A stretch of 48,459 nt of DNA from positions 1-48,459 of the forward strand of contig DVDZ01000124.1 in NCBI GenBank assembly GCA_015296025.1. The letters are read 5' to 3'. Within the stretch, counting starts at the first letter, position 1. Each line of letters opens with the position of its first letter. Position numbers and translations under genes: made by a program. The notes beneath the pieces are model-generated. The model was not told the origin of the DNA. It saw only the letters and a program-made list of their open reading frames with translations, and ran no database searches. Positions 1 to 11,230 of this stretch are shown piece by piece. The stretch is from Thermosynechococcus sp. M46_R2017_013. GTDB lineage: Bacteria; Cyanobacteriota; Cyanobacteriia; Thermosynechococcales; Thermosynechococcaceae.

Positions 1-2
1 CC

Positions 3-716
3 CTGTGGCAATTGCCTCCACCCGCCCGCCCCTTACCCGGCATCTCGACAAATCCGAATGAAGATGTTGCCGTTGCTCCGGCACTAGTCTCACCCATGCC
101 AACTTCTGAACCCACCCCTAAAGAGCCAGTGGCAACCACAGAAAGTGAAGCAGCAGCAGCCTTATCCCGTTGGTTTACTCAAGCCCGACTGACACTGAAC
201 ACCACCAATCTACAAGTGAATTTAGCCCAGCGAATCACGGATTTTTATCCCCAAGAGGCCTGTGGCGATCGCCTGCAAGGGGAAACAACGGTTGCTGTCG
301 TCGTCACTCCCCAAGGCAAGTTACTCCCTGCCAATGCCGCCCCTGAAACTGGTCTGCTCACTCGCAATCCCCAGATTATTCGCAGTAGTGGCTCTGCGCT
401 CCTCGATCAAGCTGCCCTAGAACGGGTACGTCAGCAGTCCTTTGAGGCCACAGGGCAGTATCAAGCCTTAGCGCTCACCTTTGCCTTTGAATATCGTCCA
501 GAGGTATGCCGTAGTCAGCCACCTGCAGCTGCCCCCACGCCAACCCCAGGGACACCGCGACGACCCCCTAGCCCACCGCCTACAGGTGAAGCGTCACCAA
601 CACCGACCCCCACACCTCCTGAAGAAACCCCACCACCGCCATCCCCAGAACCTAGCGAGACAACCCCCGCGTCTGCAGCGCCGGCTGCGAGTCCGCCAGC
701 AACATCTCCCGAATAA
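3..716 (+). CDS. TonB-family energy transducer-like protein (5' partial; TonB C-terminal domain flanked by Pro-rich segments)
   Basis: The frame is open to the window edge. It has a TonB_C-like pattern (G.T.VAVVVTPQGK ... IIRSSGSALLDQAALERVRQQSF), a Pro/Thr/Glu-rich linker and tail, and stop TAA at 714-716. Confidence 0.65.
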   Translation: MWQLPPPARPLPGISTNPNEDVAVAPALVSPMPTSEPTPKEPVATTESEAAAALSRWFTQARLTLNTTNLQVNLAQRITDFYPQEACGDRLQGETTVAVVVTPQGKLLPANAAPETGLLTRNPQIIRSSGSALLDQAALERVRQQSFEATGQYQALALTFAFEYRPEVCRSQPPAAAPTPTPGTPRRPPSPPPTGEASPTPTPTPPEETPPPPSPEPSETTPASAAPAASPPATSPE

Positions 717-2586
717 AACGGGCGATCGCCCGTTGCAGGAGGCCGTTGACAATACGCTGACCCATGTCTTGTACCTCTGGGCGCACAATAATCCGCAGAA
801 TCACAGGAATGACCTTACCCCAGTCGAAGCCGGGAGTATCCTGCAAGATGCTGAAAATACGGCGCAAATGCTCTAGGGCATTGGGTTCACTGACAATATT
901 GGAACTTGCCGTTGCAGGTACTGGATGGGTTACGAGGGGTAACAGTTGCACCAAGTTCCATTGCCCCATCGTTGTCCGCGCCCAAGTGTCGAGACTTTTG
1001 ACAATTTCATCTGCTAGGCGATCGCGATACTCCGTCCCCCGCTCCGAAAACAGAAAATCCAAGGCCTGCTCTAGCACCACATTAAAGTCATAGTCACGGC
1101 TCTCGCGGGCATTGCGCAGCAGATTTTCGAGGCGCGTCCAGCGAAATTGACCATCCTTGAGGAGGAGATTGGTGAGACTCGTGCGCAGCTCTGGGGCAGG
1201 ATCTGTGAGTAGTCGTTTGGCAATGTAGGGATAGGCAGCACTGAGAACCTTAAAATTGGGATCAACCCCCATGGCAATCCCCTCCATGGTCAGGAGGGAT
1301 CGCACAATCAAGGCATAGTAGGCGGGCACCTGAAAGGGATACTCGTACATCACCTCTGAGAGGCGATCAAAAATCCGTTGGATATTGAGTTCCGAGACAC
1401 TTGCCCCCAAGGCATCCTCAAATACCAAGGCCAAAGCGGGAATGATGGGTTCAAGATCCGTATCTGGCGTCAGGAAGCCCAAATGCACATAGTCGTGAGC
1501 AAGGCTTTCGTACTCGCGATTGACAATATGAACAATGGCATTTAACAGGCCATAGCGTTGCTCTGGGGCAATCTCACTCATCATGCCAAAGTCAAGATAG
1601 GCCAATTTGCCACTGGGCATGGCCAATAGATTCCCTGGATGCGGATCCGCATGGAAAAACCCATGTTCAAGCAACTGCCGCAGGGAGCACTGCACCCCCA
1701 CATACACCATGTAGCGCGGATCAATCCCTAAGGCCTGAATTTGCTGCGGTTGGTTGAGTTTGACCCCCGTTACCCACTCCATGGTCAGCACCCGCCGCCG
1801 CGTGTAGTTCCAGTAAATCTTGGGAATATACACATCCGTCAAGTGGCCATAGAGGCGGGCAAAGCGTTCGGCATTCCGTCCCTCTTGGGTATAGTCCATT
1901 TCCTCAAAGAGGCGACTGGCAAACTCATCGAGAATGGCCACTAAATCACTGCGAATGTCTTTGATCAGGCGTTTTGCCCAATAGGCTACCCCCCGCAGAA
2001 TGTAAATGTCCAAAGTGATACTTTCTGCTAAACCGGGGCGTTGCACTTTAACGGCCACTTCTTCACCGCTGTGGAGTTTGCCGCGATACACTTGCCCCAA
2101 GGAGGCAGCAGCAATGGGGTGATCACTGAGTTCAGCAAAGAGTTCAGCGGGAGGAGCGCCCAATTCCTCCTCAATAAACTGAAACGCCACTTCATTGGGA
2201 AAGGGGGGCAACTGATCTTGGAGTTTTGTTAACTCCTCTAGATATACAGCGGGGAGGAGGTCAGGACGGGTGGAGAGGGCTTGTCCCACTTTGATGTAAG
2301 CAGGACCAAGACGGGTTAACGTTTCCCGCAGGGCGATCGCCCGCCGAAGCTGATTTTGTTTACTTTGGCCGGTAATCCTGTCCCACCAGTAGTTAAAAAG
2401 AAGCCAAAACACTGGCCAGAGAATCCGCAACCAGCGACTCAACACCAGCAAAGGCCGCCGCCGATAGTAGGCATCAATGGCCACCGGATCGTAGGGTTGA
2501 AAGGTATCCAAATCATTGGCAAGGGTTTCAGCCGCGATCGCAATCTCTTGGGGCGCGGAATCGGTGGGGACAATTGCCGTATTCAT
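652..2586 (-). CDS. ABC1/AarF/UbiB-family atypical protein kinase
   Basis: Motifs LGPAYIKVGQALSTRPD, PIAAASLGQVY, VAVKVQRP, FFHADPHPGN and LDFGM; 644 aa. Confidence 0.93.
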   Translation of the reverse strand: MNTAIVPTDSAPQEIAIAAETLANDLDTFQPYDPVAIDAYYRRRPLLVLSRWLRILWPVFWLLFNYWWDRITGQSKQNQLRRAIALRETLTRLGPAYIKVGQALSTRPDLLPAVYLEELTKLQDQLPPFPNEVAFQFIEEELGAPPAELFAELSDHPIAAASLGQVYRGKLHSGEEVAVKVQRPGLAESITLDIYILRGVAYWAKRLIKDIRSDLVAILDEFASRLFEEMDYTQEGRNAERFARLYGHLTDVYIPKIYWNYTRRRVLTMEWVTGVKLNQPQQIQALGIDPRYMVYVGVQCSLRQLLEHGFFHADPHPGNLLAMPSGKLAYLDFGMMSEIAPEQRYGLLNAIVHIVNREYESLAHDYVHLGFLTPDTDLEPIIPALALVFEDALGASVSELNIQRIFDRLSEVMYEYPFQVPAYYALIVRSLLTMEGIAMGVDPNFKVLSAAYPYIAKRLLTDPAPELRTSLTNLLLKDGQFRWTRLENLLRNARESRDYDFNVVLEQALDFLFSERGTEYRDRLADEIVKSLDTWARTTMGQWNLVQLLPLVTHPVPATASSNIVSEPNALEHLRRIFSILQDTPGFDWGKVIPVILRIIVRPEVQDMGQRIVNGLLQRAIARFIREMLLADSQPALQTRGLSR

Positions 2587-2648
2587 GGGCAGTGGCGCAA
2601 ACTCTTAAAGTATTTTAACAATCAGTTCATCCTCAGGGAGTGCGGAAA

Positions 2649-3543
2649 ATGCGGCTAGTCATTTTGGGGGCAAGCGGACAAGTGGGCTGGCAATTGGTGC
2701 AGCAAGCCCCCCCCCGGCGCTGAAGTGATTCCCGTTGCTCGCCAAGGCACTGCCGTAACGCTGGACTTGGAAGATTTAGAGGCCATTCCCCGCTTGCTGA
2801 AAACCTTGCGACCCGATGTGCTGATCAATGCAGCAGCCTACACTGCTGTGGATCAGGCGGAACAGGAACCGCAACGGGCACAACGGATGAATGGCACGGC
2901 TGTGGGTCTTTTGGCAGAAACAATGGCAGCGGTGGGGGGGCTGTTGATTCACTACTCCACCGACTATGTGTTTGCCGGCAATCAATCGCTGCCCTATCGA
3001 GAAACCGATGCCACTGCCCCCCTCAATGCCTATGGCTACAGTAAGTGGCTAGGAGAGCAGGCGATCGCCAGTCATCAGCCCGCCCACCTCATTTTGCGCA
3101 CCAGTTGGGTCTATGACCTGCGGGGGAAGAACTTTTTGCGGACAATGGTTCGCCTAGCCCAAACCCGTTCGCTGGTGCGTGTCGTTGCCGATCAAATGGG
3201 GACGCCCACCGCTGCTCCCTTCATTGCCCAAGTGACGTACCAACTCCTTGGGCGTTGGCAGGTAGATCCCGCCCTCAGTGGCCTCTATCACCTGACACCG
3301 CGGGGGAGCACTAGCTGGTATGGCTTTGCCGCCAAAATTTTTGAGCATTTGCGTGCCCGAGGCTACAGCACTGCTACCTTAGAGCCAATTCCCAGCCATG
3401 AGTATCCCACCCCCGCCAAGCGTCCCGCTTTTTCCGTCCTCAACTGTGGCAAGCTCGAGGCTGTTCTAGGGGCTCCCCTCCCCCCTTGGGAAGCAGTTCT
3501 TCAACCCCTTTTAGACCAACTGGATCCTCAATCCGTTCTCTAG
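2649..3543 (+). CDS. rfbD: dTDP-4-dehydrorhamnose reductase (frameshifted as assembled at C9 run 2707-2715)
   Basis: ATG 2649 gives [16 protein letters not shown] (Rossmann GxxGxxG), which stops after the C9 run. The +1 frame continues with [33 protein letters not shown] and RPAFSVL. Reducing the run to C8 restores one ORF. Confidence 0.88.
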
Positions 3544-6500
3544 GAAAGGGTGGCAGCAACCGTTGTGTTCATTTGGCTGAACCACTCAATGAGTTGCTCC
3601 AGTTGTTTTTCAATGGGCTGTGTCCCTAAACCGCGCACAGTAATTTTGCCCTGACTATAGACAAACCGAGGGTGGAGATGGGGAGGCAGTTGCTCTAGGA
3701 GCAATTTCCACGCCGGTTCCGCCATGGGGGTTTCAAGGATCACATGTTGCTTGCCTTCGGGACGAATGCGGCTAATGCCACACTGGCGCGCCAGTTGTTT
3801 CAATTCAACAACCTGCAGCAGTTGCTGCACCGATTTAGGGAGTGCACCGTAGCGATCGCTCCACTCGGCTGCCAGTTGTGCCAATTCTTCCTTGGTGGTT
3901 GCTGCAGACACAGCGCGATAGGCTGCCATCTTTTGCGCCAGATCGGGCATGTAATCGGCGGGAATAAAGGCAGTGACATTGAGATCCACTTGGGTATCGT
4001 CAACCGTGGGGATATCTTGGCCGCGAATTTCGGCGATCGCCTCCTCTAATAGTTCCACATACAAATCAAAGCCGACACTGTCCAGTTGGCCGTGCTGCTC
4101 CGTCCCCAAAAGATTGCCCACACCGCGAATTTCCATGTCTCGCATTGCCAGTTGGTAGCCAGAACCCAGTTGGGTAAACTCCTGAATTGCCCGCAGCCGT
4201 TGACGGGCAGCATCCGTGAGCACCTCCTGGCGCGGATAAAATAACCACGCATGGGCTTGAATGCCGGCGCGGCCAACACGACCCCGCAGTTGATAGAGCT
4301 GTGCCAAGCCAAACCGCTGCGCATCCTCCACTAGGATGGTATTGACGCGGGGAATATCCAAGCCCGACTCAATAATGGTTGTACACACGAGAATATCCGC
4401 CTCGCCATTGCTAAAGCCGAGCATCGTGGATTCCAGTTCTCCCTCTGCCATCTGACCGTGGGCGATGAGAATACGGGCGCTGGGCACCATCTCTTGGAGC
4501 TTCGCCGCCACCTCCTCAATTCCCTCCACGCGAGGCACAACATAGAAGACTTGACCCCCCCGATCCAATTCTTGGCGAATCGCACTGCGCACCGTTTCTG
4601 GGTCATAGGGAGCCAAGTGGGTTTGAATCGGGCGTCGCGAGGGGGGAGGCGTCGTGATCAGGCTCATTTCCCGAACCCCCGACAGAGCCATATAGAGAGT
4701 GCGCGGAATCGGTGTCGCACTCAGGGTGAGGACATCCACTTGGGTTTTGAGGGCTTTGATTGTCTCTTTTTGGTTAACCCCAAAGCGCTGCTCCTCATCC
4801 ACCACCAAGAGACCTAAATCGCGAAATTTAACCGCCTTACTCAGCAGTTGATGGGTTCCCACGACAACGTCAATTTCGCCAGTTTTGAGTTTCTGCAGGA
4901 GGTCTTGGCGCTCCCGCTCACTGCGAAAGCGGTTCAGTAGCCCCACTTGAATTGGATAGGGGGCAAAGCGCTCCTTGAGGGTGTGGTAATGCTGCTGCGT
5001 TAGGATTGTTGTTGGGGCAAGAAACGCCACCTGCTTGCCCGCCATTACTGCTTTGAAAATGGCGCGAATGGCGACCTCCGTTTTACCAAAGCCAACATCA
5101 CCGCAGACTAGCCGATCCATGGGGCGATCGCTCTCCATGTCGGCCTTGACCTCTTGAATGGCCTTGAGTTGATCAGGGGTTGGTTGGTAGGGAAAGGAGT
5201 CCTCCATCTCCCGCTGCCACGGCGTATCGGGGGGAAAGGCAAAGCCCTTTTGTTGGGCGCGCTGGGTATAGAGTTGCAACAGATCTACTGCCACTTTCTT
5301 GATGGCTTTGCGTACCCGTGCTTTGGTGCGTTCCCAAGTATTGCCCGTTAACTTATTGAGTTGGGGGACACCATCACTTTGTTTGCGGTAGCGGGAGAGA
5401 CTATTCAGTTGATCGGCGGCAACGCGGAGAATGCCATCGGCATACTGCAGGGCAAGGTACTCACGGGTTTCATTGTTAATCGTCAACGTTTCAAGTCGCA
5501 GGAACTGGCCAATGCCGTGCTGGCGATGGACAACGTAGTCCCCGGGCTGGAGCTTGTTCAAATCCACCTGTTTGGCAGCAGCGCGGCGGCGTTTACGCAC
5601 ATAACCGAGGTTGACCAAGTTGTGCTGGCCAAAGAACTCGCGATCGCTCACGAGCACGGTGCGGAAGGTGGGCAAAATAAAACCACTGATTTCCGCTAAA
5701 CCACTGGCTTTGAGGGCAATGGGAACTCGCTGTTGTTGCAGCTTATCAATGGCCGGAAAGTCCTTGGGATTGGGCACAAACTGGGCGGGGCAATCGTGCT
5801 CCTGCAATAGCGCTACAGAGCGGCTCGGCTGCGCCGAGACTAACCACACCGTGTAGCCCTTGTCCCGCTCCTCCCGTAGTGTCGCCGCCAAGCGAGCAAA
5901 TTGGTGGGGAATGGCCGGCACTGCCCGTGCTGACAAATTAAGACCTAGCCCCTCACTGGCCAGTTCATAGAGGTGTAGGCGTTGAAACGATGCGAGGCCT
6001 TGGACAACGGCTGACCACGGGCGATGGATGGGGGGCGGTGAGGGGTCTAAAGTTTGCCAGTAGGCTTGAGTCTGCTCATACCAGCGATCGCCATGGGTAG
6101 CACAAAGGGGTGGCTCATCCACGGCAATTAGGGTTTGGGGCGGCAAATAGTCCAAAAGTGAGGCTGGCTGTGGAAAAGCCAACCCAAGGTAGCGCCGCAG
6201 CCCCTCTTGATCTTCTGGAATGAGATGGGCTTGACCCGCTGCCTTCAGTGCTTGGGCAATCAGCGGCGTAAAACTAATGGGTGTGAGTGTAACCCGCTCA
6301 AGGGCATCCAGGCGATCGCCTTCAGTGTGTAGAGAGCGTTGACTAGCCGGATCAAACTCGCGAATGGACTCAATCTCATCGCCAAACCACTGTAAGCGAA
6401 CCGGTAACTCCGCCGAGACAGGGAAAATATCCACAATGTCGCCGCGCCGACTCCACTGACCCTCGGTTTCCACCAAGGAAACCCGTTCATAACCAAGGGC

Positions 6501-6971
6501 TGTCAAGGCGGTGGCCAGCTCCCCTAGAGATTGCTCTTGACCCACCTGTAACGTTAGACAGGCGGCACGGAACTGCTCTGGTGGGGGTAAATGGGGTTGC
6601 AGTGCCCGTTCCGTAGTGACAATGGCAATACGGGGGCGATCGCTTTCGACTAAAACTTGCAGTTGCCCCCAGACCATCTCCGCTTCCAAATCAAAGGGGT
6701 CATAGGGAGAGGCCTCCGATGTCGGGTAAAAGAGAACGGCATCCCAGCCCATGAGTTCCAATTGCGCTGCCCAGCGTCCCCCCTCCTCTAGGGTGGAAGT
6801 AATCACACACAGTGATTGCTGACTCTGCTGCGCCAATGTGGTGGCCACCAAGCCCTTGACAAGGCGGGGCATCCCCGTAAGGACAAGTTCCCGTTGGTGT
6901 TGTAATTTGCTGAGCAGTTTAGCCGTTAGCGGCAGCTTACCCCAACTGCGGGGAATTGCCATTAAGGACAT
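3540..6971 (-). CDS. mfd: Transcription-repair coupling factor
   Basis: UvrB-like N-terminus, RID domain ([13 protein letters not shown]), [23 protein letters not shown] and TRG motif; 1143 aa. Confidence 0.97.
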   Translation of the reverse strand: MSLMAIPRSWGKLPLTAKLLSKLQHQRELVLTGMPRLVKGLVATTLAQQSQQSLCVITSTLEEGGRWAAQLELMGWDAVLFYPTSEASPYDPFDLEAEMVWGQLQVLVESDRPRIAIVTTERALQPHLPPPEQFRAACLTLQVGQEQSLGELATALTALGYERVSLVETEGQWSRRGDIVDIFPVSAELPVRLQWFGDEIESIREFDPASQRSLHTEGDRLDALERVTLTPISFTPLIAQALKAAGQAHLIPEDQEGLRRYLGLAFPQPASLLDYLPPQTLIAVDEPPLCATHGDRWYEQTQAYWQTLDPSPPPIHRPWSAVVQGLASFQRLHLYELASEGLGLNLSARAVPAIPHQFARLAATLREERDKGYTVWLVSAQPSRSVALLQEHDCPAQFVPNPKDFPAIDKLQQQRVPIALKASGLAEISGFILPTFRTVLVSDREFFGQHNLVNLGYVRKRRRAAAKQVDLNKLQPGDYVVHRQHGIGQFLRLETLTINNETREYLALQYADGILRVAADQLNSLSRYRKQSDGVPQLNKLTGNTWERTKARVRKAIKKVAVDLLQLYTQRAQQKGFAFPPDTPWQREMEDSFPYQPTPDQLKAIQEVKADMESDRPMDRLVCGDVGFGKTEVAIRAIFKAVMAGKQVAFLAPTTILTQQHYHTLKERFAPYPIQVGLLNRFRSERERQDLLQKLKTGEIDVVVGTHQLLSKAVKFRDLGLLVVDEEQRFGVNQKETIKALKTQVDVLTLSATPIPRTLYMALSGVREMSLITTPPPSRRPIQTHLAPYDPETVRSAIRQELDRGGQVFYVVPRVEGIEEVAAKLQEMVPSARILIAHGQMAEGELESTMLGFSNGEADILVCTTIIESGLDIPRVNTILVEDAQRFGLAQLYQLRGRVGRAGIQAHAWLFYPRQEVLTDAARQRLRAIQEFTQLGSGYQLAMRDMEIRGVGNLLGTEQHGQLDSVGFDLYVELLEEAIAEIRGQDIPTVDDTQVDLNVTAFIPADYMPDLAQKMAAYRAVSAATTKEELAQLAAEWSDRYGALPKSVQQLLQVVELKQLARQCGISRIRPEGKQHVILETPMAEPAWKLLLEQLPPHLHPRFVYSQGKITVRGLGTQPIEKQLEQLIEWFSQMNTTVAATLS

Positions 6972-7149
6972 AGACAGTGCCGGCGCAGGTTACCAAGACT
7001 TGAGAAGGGAATTGCCCTCCCTTCAGGCAGGGCTAACGCATTATGGTGCTTACGCTGTAGCTCTTTATCTAAAATATGAGATAGACCAAAGGGATGCAAT
7101 CTAGGGACTTCGTTCATAATTATTGAAGAGCTAGAATTCCAGACATTTG

Positions 7150-7962
7150 ATGACGCGATCGCCCGATATTGATAGCCCCCCTCGAGAATCTTCAGCCCTT
7201 GCTGACAGCGCCTTTGAGGTCAGTGACCCCATTGACCCGGAGGAGGAGCTGCCCAATGAAGTGGAAATGTCCCTCTGGGATCACCTTGAGGAGTTGCGGC
7301 AGCGGCTCTTTGTTATCCTCGGTACTGTTGCGGTTACCATTGTTCTCTGCTTTACCCAAGTCCGCTGGATCATTCAGTTCCTTGAAAAACCCGCCCATGG
7401 TGCTAAGTTTCTCCAACTCAGTCCGGGCGAATACTTTTTTGTCTCCTGTAAAGCAGCGGCCTACAGTGGCATCCTTCTAGCAACGCCAATGATTCTTTAC
7501 CAAGCAATTCGCTTTATCCTGCCGGGACTGACACGGCGGGAGCAACGGTTGCTGGCACCGGTGGTTTTTGGCTCATCGATTCTTTTTATTGCTGGTTTGG
7601 CCTTTGCCTATACCTTCTTGGCACCCGCAGCCCTTGGCTTTTTTATTAACTATGGGGCAGATGTGGTTGAGCAACTCTGGTCGATTGATCGCTATGTGGA
7701 CTTTATTTTGCTATTGCTTCTTGCCACTGGCCTAGCCTTTCAAGTCCCTATTCTTCAGTTGGTTCTCATTGCTCTAGGGATAGTCTCGATTCCGCAAATG
7801 CTCAGCCAATGGCGCTACGTGGTGATCATTGCTGTGGCCGTGGCGGCCGTGTTGACCCCCTCTATTGATCCGATTACCCAGGGACTATTGGCGGGTGCCC
7901 TGCTTGCCCTCTACTTTACGGGGATTGGCTTAGCAAAACTAATGGGGGTGGGGCGTTCCTAG
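7150..7962 (+). CDS. tatC: Twin-arginine translocase subunit TatC
   Basis: EMSLWDHLEELRQR, FILPGLT..E, six hydrophobic helices and AAVLTPSIDP. Confidence 0.95.
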   Translation: MTRSPDIDSPPRESSALADSAFEVSDPIDPEEELPNEVEMSLWDHLEELRQRLFVILGTVAVTIVLCFTQVRWIIQFLEKPAHGAKFLQLSPGEYFFVSCKAAAYSGILLATPMILYQAIRFILPGLTRREQRLLAPVVFGSSILFIAGLAFAYTFLAPAALGFFINYGADVVEQLWSIDRYVDFILLLLLATGLAFQVPILQLVLIALGIVSIPQMLSQWRYVVIIAVAVAAVLTPSIDPITQGLLAGALLALYFTGIGLAKLMGVGRS

Positions 7963-8156
7963 GCTTGCCATCCCCCAAGAAAGACTCAATCAGAAAAGAT
8001 GATTTGGGGGATAAAAATCAATGATGGCGATCGCCCTTTGAACTTATCAGGGCCATCAATAGAAGTGATATGCTAATGTTGCCAAATTGGTGCGTCCTCT
8101 AGCGATCGCAGAAATGGCGTTACTTTAACAAATTTTTGTGTTCAGGAGCAGTCTTC

Positions 8157-8492
8157 ATGCCCATTGCCCTTGGGATGGTAGAAGTACTGGGTCATCCCCC
8201 TGCCTTAGCTGTTGCCGATGTGATGGTGAAAGCAGCCCGTGTTACCCTTGTCGGCTATGAAGTGGTCAGTGGTGCTCGCCTCACAATTATTGTGCGCGGC
8301 GACGTTTCTGAAGTGCAAATTGCAGTTGCCGCCGGTGTGGAAGCCGCCAAAAAAATTTTGCCTCAGAGTCCTAAGGAAAAAACTCTGTATCTGTCGTCAA
8401 CAGTGATCCCACGCCCCCACGAGAATCTAGAGGCCGTTTTCCCGAAAATGCGGTTCCAATATGGCGATGGCTGGGAGCGTTTTCTAGTTTAG
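8157..8492 (+). CDS. ccmK3: Carboxysome BMC-H shell protein, CcmK3-like
   Basis: BMC domain (MPIALGMVEVLGHPPALAVADVMVKAARV ... RGDVSEVQIAVAAG ... VIPRPHENL). The MPIA.G/PP N-terminus resembles CcmK3; the paralog assignment is less certain than the family. AGGAG lies upstream of ATG 8157. Confidence 0.8.
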   Translation: MPIALGMVEVLGHPPALAVADVMVKAARVTLVGYEVVSGARLTIIVRGDVSEVQIAVAAGVEAAKKILPQSPKEKTLYLSSTVIPRPHENLEAVFPKMRFQYGDGWERFLV

Positions 8493-8626
8493 GGGCCTTG
8501 AAAAAGGCGCTCTAATAAGCAAAGCTCCACCGTTTAGATAATTGTCTCAGGAGGGAACACCCCAGCCAAGCAACTATCTCAACAGTGAAGCCTCAAAATC
8601 GCTAGGAAACACTTTTAGAGGAGCAT

Positions 8627-8830
8627 TTAGGCTAGACCGGTATTGACCCCCGGCTTGCCCGTAAACAGTTCCACTTTCACAATCTTACCACCCATTTTTT
8701 GGATGCGTTGTTGCTCACGGAACCAGTTTTCGTAGGGCACTAGTTTCGTAAAATAGGTATTTTGCAGTTCGCGCTGGGTGCGAATACGGGTTTGACTCGG
8801 CACACAGGCAGTAATTTTGAACATGCGCAT
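8627..8830 (-). CDS. apcC: Phycobilisome 7.8 kDa core linker
   Basis: MRMFKITACVPSQTRIRTQRELQNTYFTKLVPYENWFREQQRIQKMGGKIVKVEL; follows apcAB. Confidence 0.97.
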   Translation of the reverse strand: MRMFKITACVPSQTRIRTQRELQNTYFTKLVPYENWFREQQRIQKMGGKIVKVELFTGKPGVNTGLA

Positions 8831-8972
8831 GGGATGGGACTCCAAATCTGTGTGGGGTGATGACACGTCTGGGAGCTAAAGGCCAGACTCAGACTGTTTA
8901 AGCACAATTGCCATGACAGGCTGACACTCTAACCCCTAACTCCCAGACAGATGTGCGACTGGAGAGCTGTAC

Positions 8973-9458
8973 CTAGCTTAAGCCAGAGCAGATGTAGTCG
9001 AAGTAGATGCCCATTTCCTTGCCGGCATCAGCACCCACCAAGCTGGCGGTGACTTCTTTCATGGCTTGGATTGCTTGCACAGTGGCAGCGATGGGCACAC
9101 CCAAGGAGTTGTAGGTTTCTTTCAAGCCATTGAGCACCCGCTCATCGAGGATAGAAGGATCCCCAGCTAACATGGCATAGGTAGCATAGCGCAGGTAGTA
9201 GTCGAGGTCACGGATACAGGCCGCATAGCGACGGGTGGTGTACATGTTACCCCCGGGACGGGTGATGTCAGAATACAGCAGAGATTTGGCCACTGCTTCT
9301 TTGACGATGTTGGCAGCATTGGCACTGATCACAGTGGCAGCACGCACCCGCAGCTCGCCAGTGGCAAAGTAAGCTTTCAGCTTCTCCATGGCGGCGGTGT
9401 CGAGATATTTGCCTTGAACGTCAGAGGCGTTGATGACAGCGGTAATCGCGTCTTGCAT
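8973..9458 (-). CDS. apcB: Allophycocyanin beta subunit
   Basis: [20 protein letters not shown] ... RRYAACIRD (chromophore Cys); 161 aa. Confidence 0.98.
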   Translation of the reverse strand: MQDAITAVINASDVQGKYLDTAAMEKLKAYFATGELRVRAATVISANAANIVKEAVAKSLLYSDITRPGGNMYTTRRYAACIRDLDYYLRYATYAMLAGDPSILDERVLNGLKETYNSLGVPIAATVQAIQAMKEVTASLVGADAGKEMGIYFDYICSGLS

Positions 9459-9517
9459 AGTTCTTTTTCCTCAAAAACTGATTTGGATGATGGATCAACA
9501 AAGAATGCTGTGGCGAC

Positions 9518-10003
9518 CTACTGCATGGCGCCAATTACAAAATCAAAGTAAGAACCGGCTTCAGCGGCATCTTCAGCAGACAGCAGCGAGGAAGCAACGT
9601 TCTTCATGGCGCGGATCCCTTCGGCTACAGCAGAAATGGGAGTGCCGAGGGAGTTATACATTTCACGCACACCCACCAAACCAATTTCTTCGATGGGAGT
9701 GACATCACCCGCAACAATACCATAGGTCACTAGCCGCAGGTAGTAGTCGAGGTCACGCAGGCAGGTGGCGGTCATTTCTTCACCGTAGGCATTGCCACCG
9801 GGGGAGACCACATCAGGTCGTTTTTGGAAGAGTTGATCGCCCGCTTGCTTGACAATCCGCTCGCGGTTTTCGGTCAAGGTTTGGGCAATGCGCAGACGGC
9901 GCTCGCCAGTGCTGACAAAGCTTTTGATGCGATCCAGTTCACCGGGGCTGAGGTAACGGGCCTCGGCATCTGCATTCACGATCGATTTCGTGACGACGCT
10001 CAT
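9518..10003 (-). CDS. apcA: Allophycocyanin alpha subunit
   Basis: [27 protein letters not shown] ... TATCLRD; 161 aa; GGAGG ribosome-binding site. Confidence 0.98.
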   Translation of the reverse strand: MSVVTKSIVNADAEARYLSPGELDRIKSFVSTGERRLRIAQTLTENRERIVKQAGDQLFQKRPDVVSPGGNAYGEEMTATCLRDLDYYLRLVTYGIVAGDVTPIEEIGLVGVREMYNSLGTPISAVAEGIRAMKNVASSLLSAEDAAEAGSYFDFVIGAMQ

Positions 10004-10232
10004 TGAGTTCCTCCAAAGTTGGAATTGTAAAACAAGGGTCTTGATAATGTGGCATCTGCCATTGAAGTGTTACGACTCACCGGCCTTCTGAAGGCGAGAT
10101 AGGCACGGCGATTGACCCGATGGGCTGACGTAACCTTCCGCAAACATTCTCAGGCATAGGGGGGACATCTCCCACATCATCGCAATCCTTTTTAACATTC
10201 TTAACGTTTTTTCAAAAATCTGCTAAGGACGG

Positions 10233-10553
10233 CTATTGGAGCCATTCGATAATGCGGGTACCCAGATCAAGGGGAATATTCACAGCTTTGCCGAGGCGGG
10301 GTTTCTCACGGGTGGCCTCAATAAAGGCGCAGACTTGCTGGGCACAGCCCCAGTCATTGAGGTGCTGCGCAATTGCTTCTAGGTGGGCGGTATAGTCTTC
10401 AGGTGTATCGGGATAGGACGCCTGCTCGAGGTAGCGCCACATCACTTGCAAAAAGATGCGATCGCCCACGCGGCGAAACTGAAGGTCAAAAGAGCGCCCC
10501 CATTTGCGCAGGAGCAAAGCATGGAGTTCTTCACCAGTGAGGGGCGTCAGCAT
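10233..10553 (-). CDS. DUF3067-family conserved cyanobacterial protein
   Basis: LTGEELHALLLRKWGRSFDLQ ... LQVMWRYLEQASYP ... KPRLGKAVNIPLDLG; divergent from petC. Confidence 0.8.
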   Translation of the reverse strand: MLTPLTGEELHALLLRKWGRSFDLQFRRVGDRIFLQVMWRYLEQASYPDTPEDYTAHLEAIAQHLNDWGCAQQVCAFIEATREKPRLGKAVNIPLDLGTRIIEWLQ

Positions 10554-10667
10554 TGGCAAGAATTTCAGTCCTTGCGGTCGGGACGGCTCGGACAGTGTAA
10601 TAATAGTTAATAAACGTAATTATTTTACGGCTATCCGTTTCGATTCCTTAGTAAAGAAGCGTAAACC

Positions 10668-11210
10668 ATGGCTCAAGTTTCTGGAATGTCTGATGTGCCC
10701 GATATGGGGCGGCGACAGTTTATGAATCTGCTGACGTTTGGTACCATCACGGGTACAGCGTTGGGCGCTCTTTACCCTGTCGTCAAGTATTTTATTCCGC
10801 CCTCCAGCGGTGGCACAGGGGGCGGCGTCATTGCCAAAGATGCATTGGGAAACGATATTAAGGTGTCTGATTACTTGGCAAAGCATTTGCCGGGCGATCG
10901 CTCCCTTGCCCAAGGGATTAAAGGGGATCCCACCTACGTCATTGTTACTGAGGATCACCAAATTGCCAATTACGGTTTGAATGCCGTCTGCACTCACCTT
11001 GGCTGCGTAGTGCCTTGGAATGTCAGTGAGAACAAGTTCATTTGCCCCTGCCACGGCTCTCAATACGACAGCACCGGGAAAGTGTTACGTGGTCCTGCTC
11101 CCCTCCCATTGGCACTGGTGAACACCACAGTTACCGAAGATGACAAACTGCTGTTGACCCCTTGGACGGACACTGATTTCCGCACGGGCAAAGAACCTTG
11201 GTGGACGTAA
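10668..11210 (+). CDS. petC: Cytochrome b6f Rieske iron-sulfur subunit
   Basis: Tat-type RRQFMN anchor plus Rieske motifs CTHLGC and CPCHGS. Confidence 0.97.
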   Translation: MAQVSGMSDVPDMGRRQFMNLLTFGTITGTALGALYPVVKYFIPPSSGGTGGGVIAKDALGNDIKVSDYLAKHLPGDRSLAQGIKGDPTYVIVTEDHQIANYGLNAVCTHLGCVVPWNVSENKFICPCHGSQYDSTGKVLRGPAPLPLALVNTTVTEDDKLLLTPWTDTDFRTGKEPWWT

Positions 11211-11230
11211 AAAGAGATTCAGGGAGTGAT

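Noticed and set aside
10190-10210. TTAACA/TTAACG direct repeat upstream of apcA as an RpaB HLR1 site
   Set aside because: The repeat period is 9 bp rather than the 10 bp expected.
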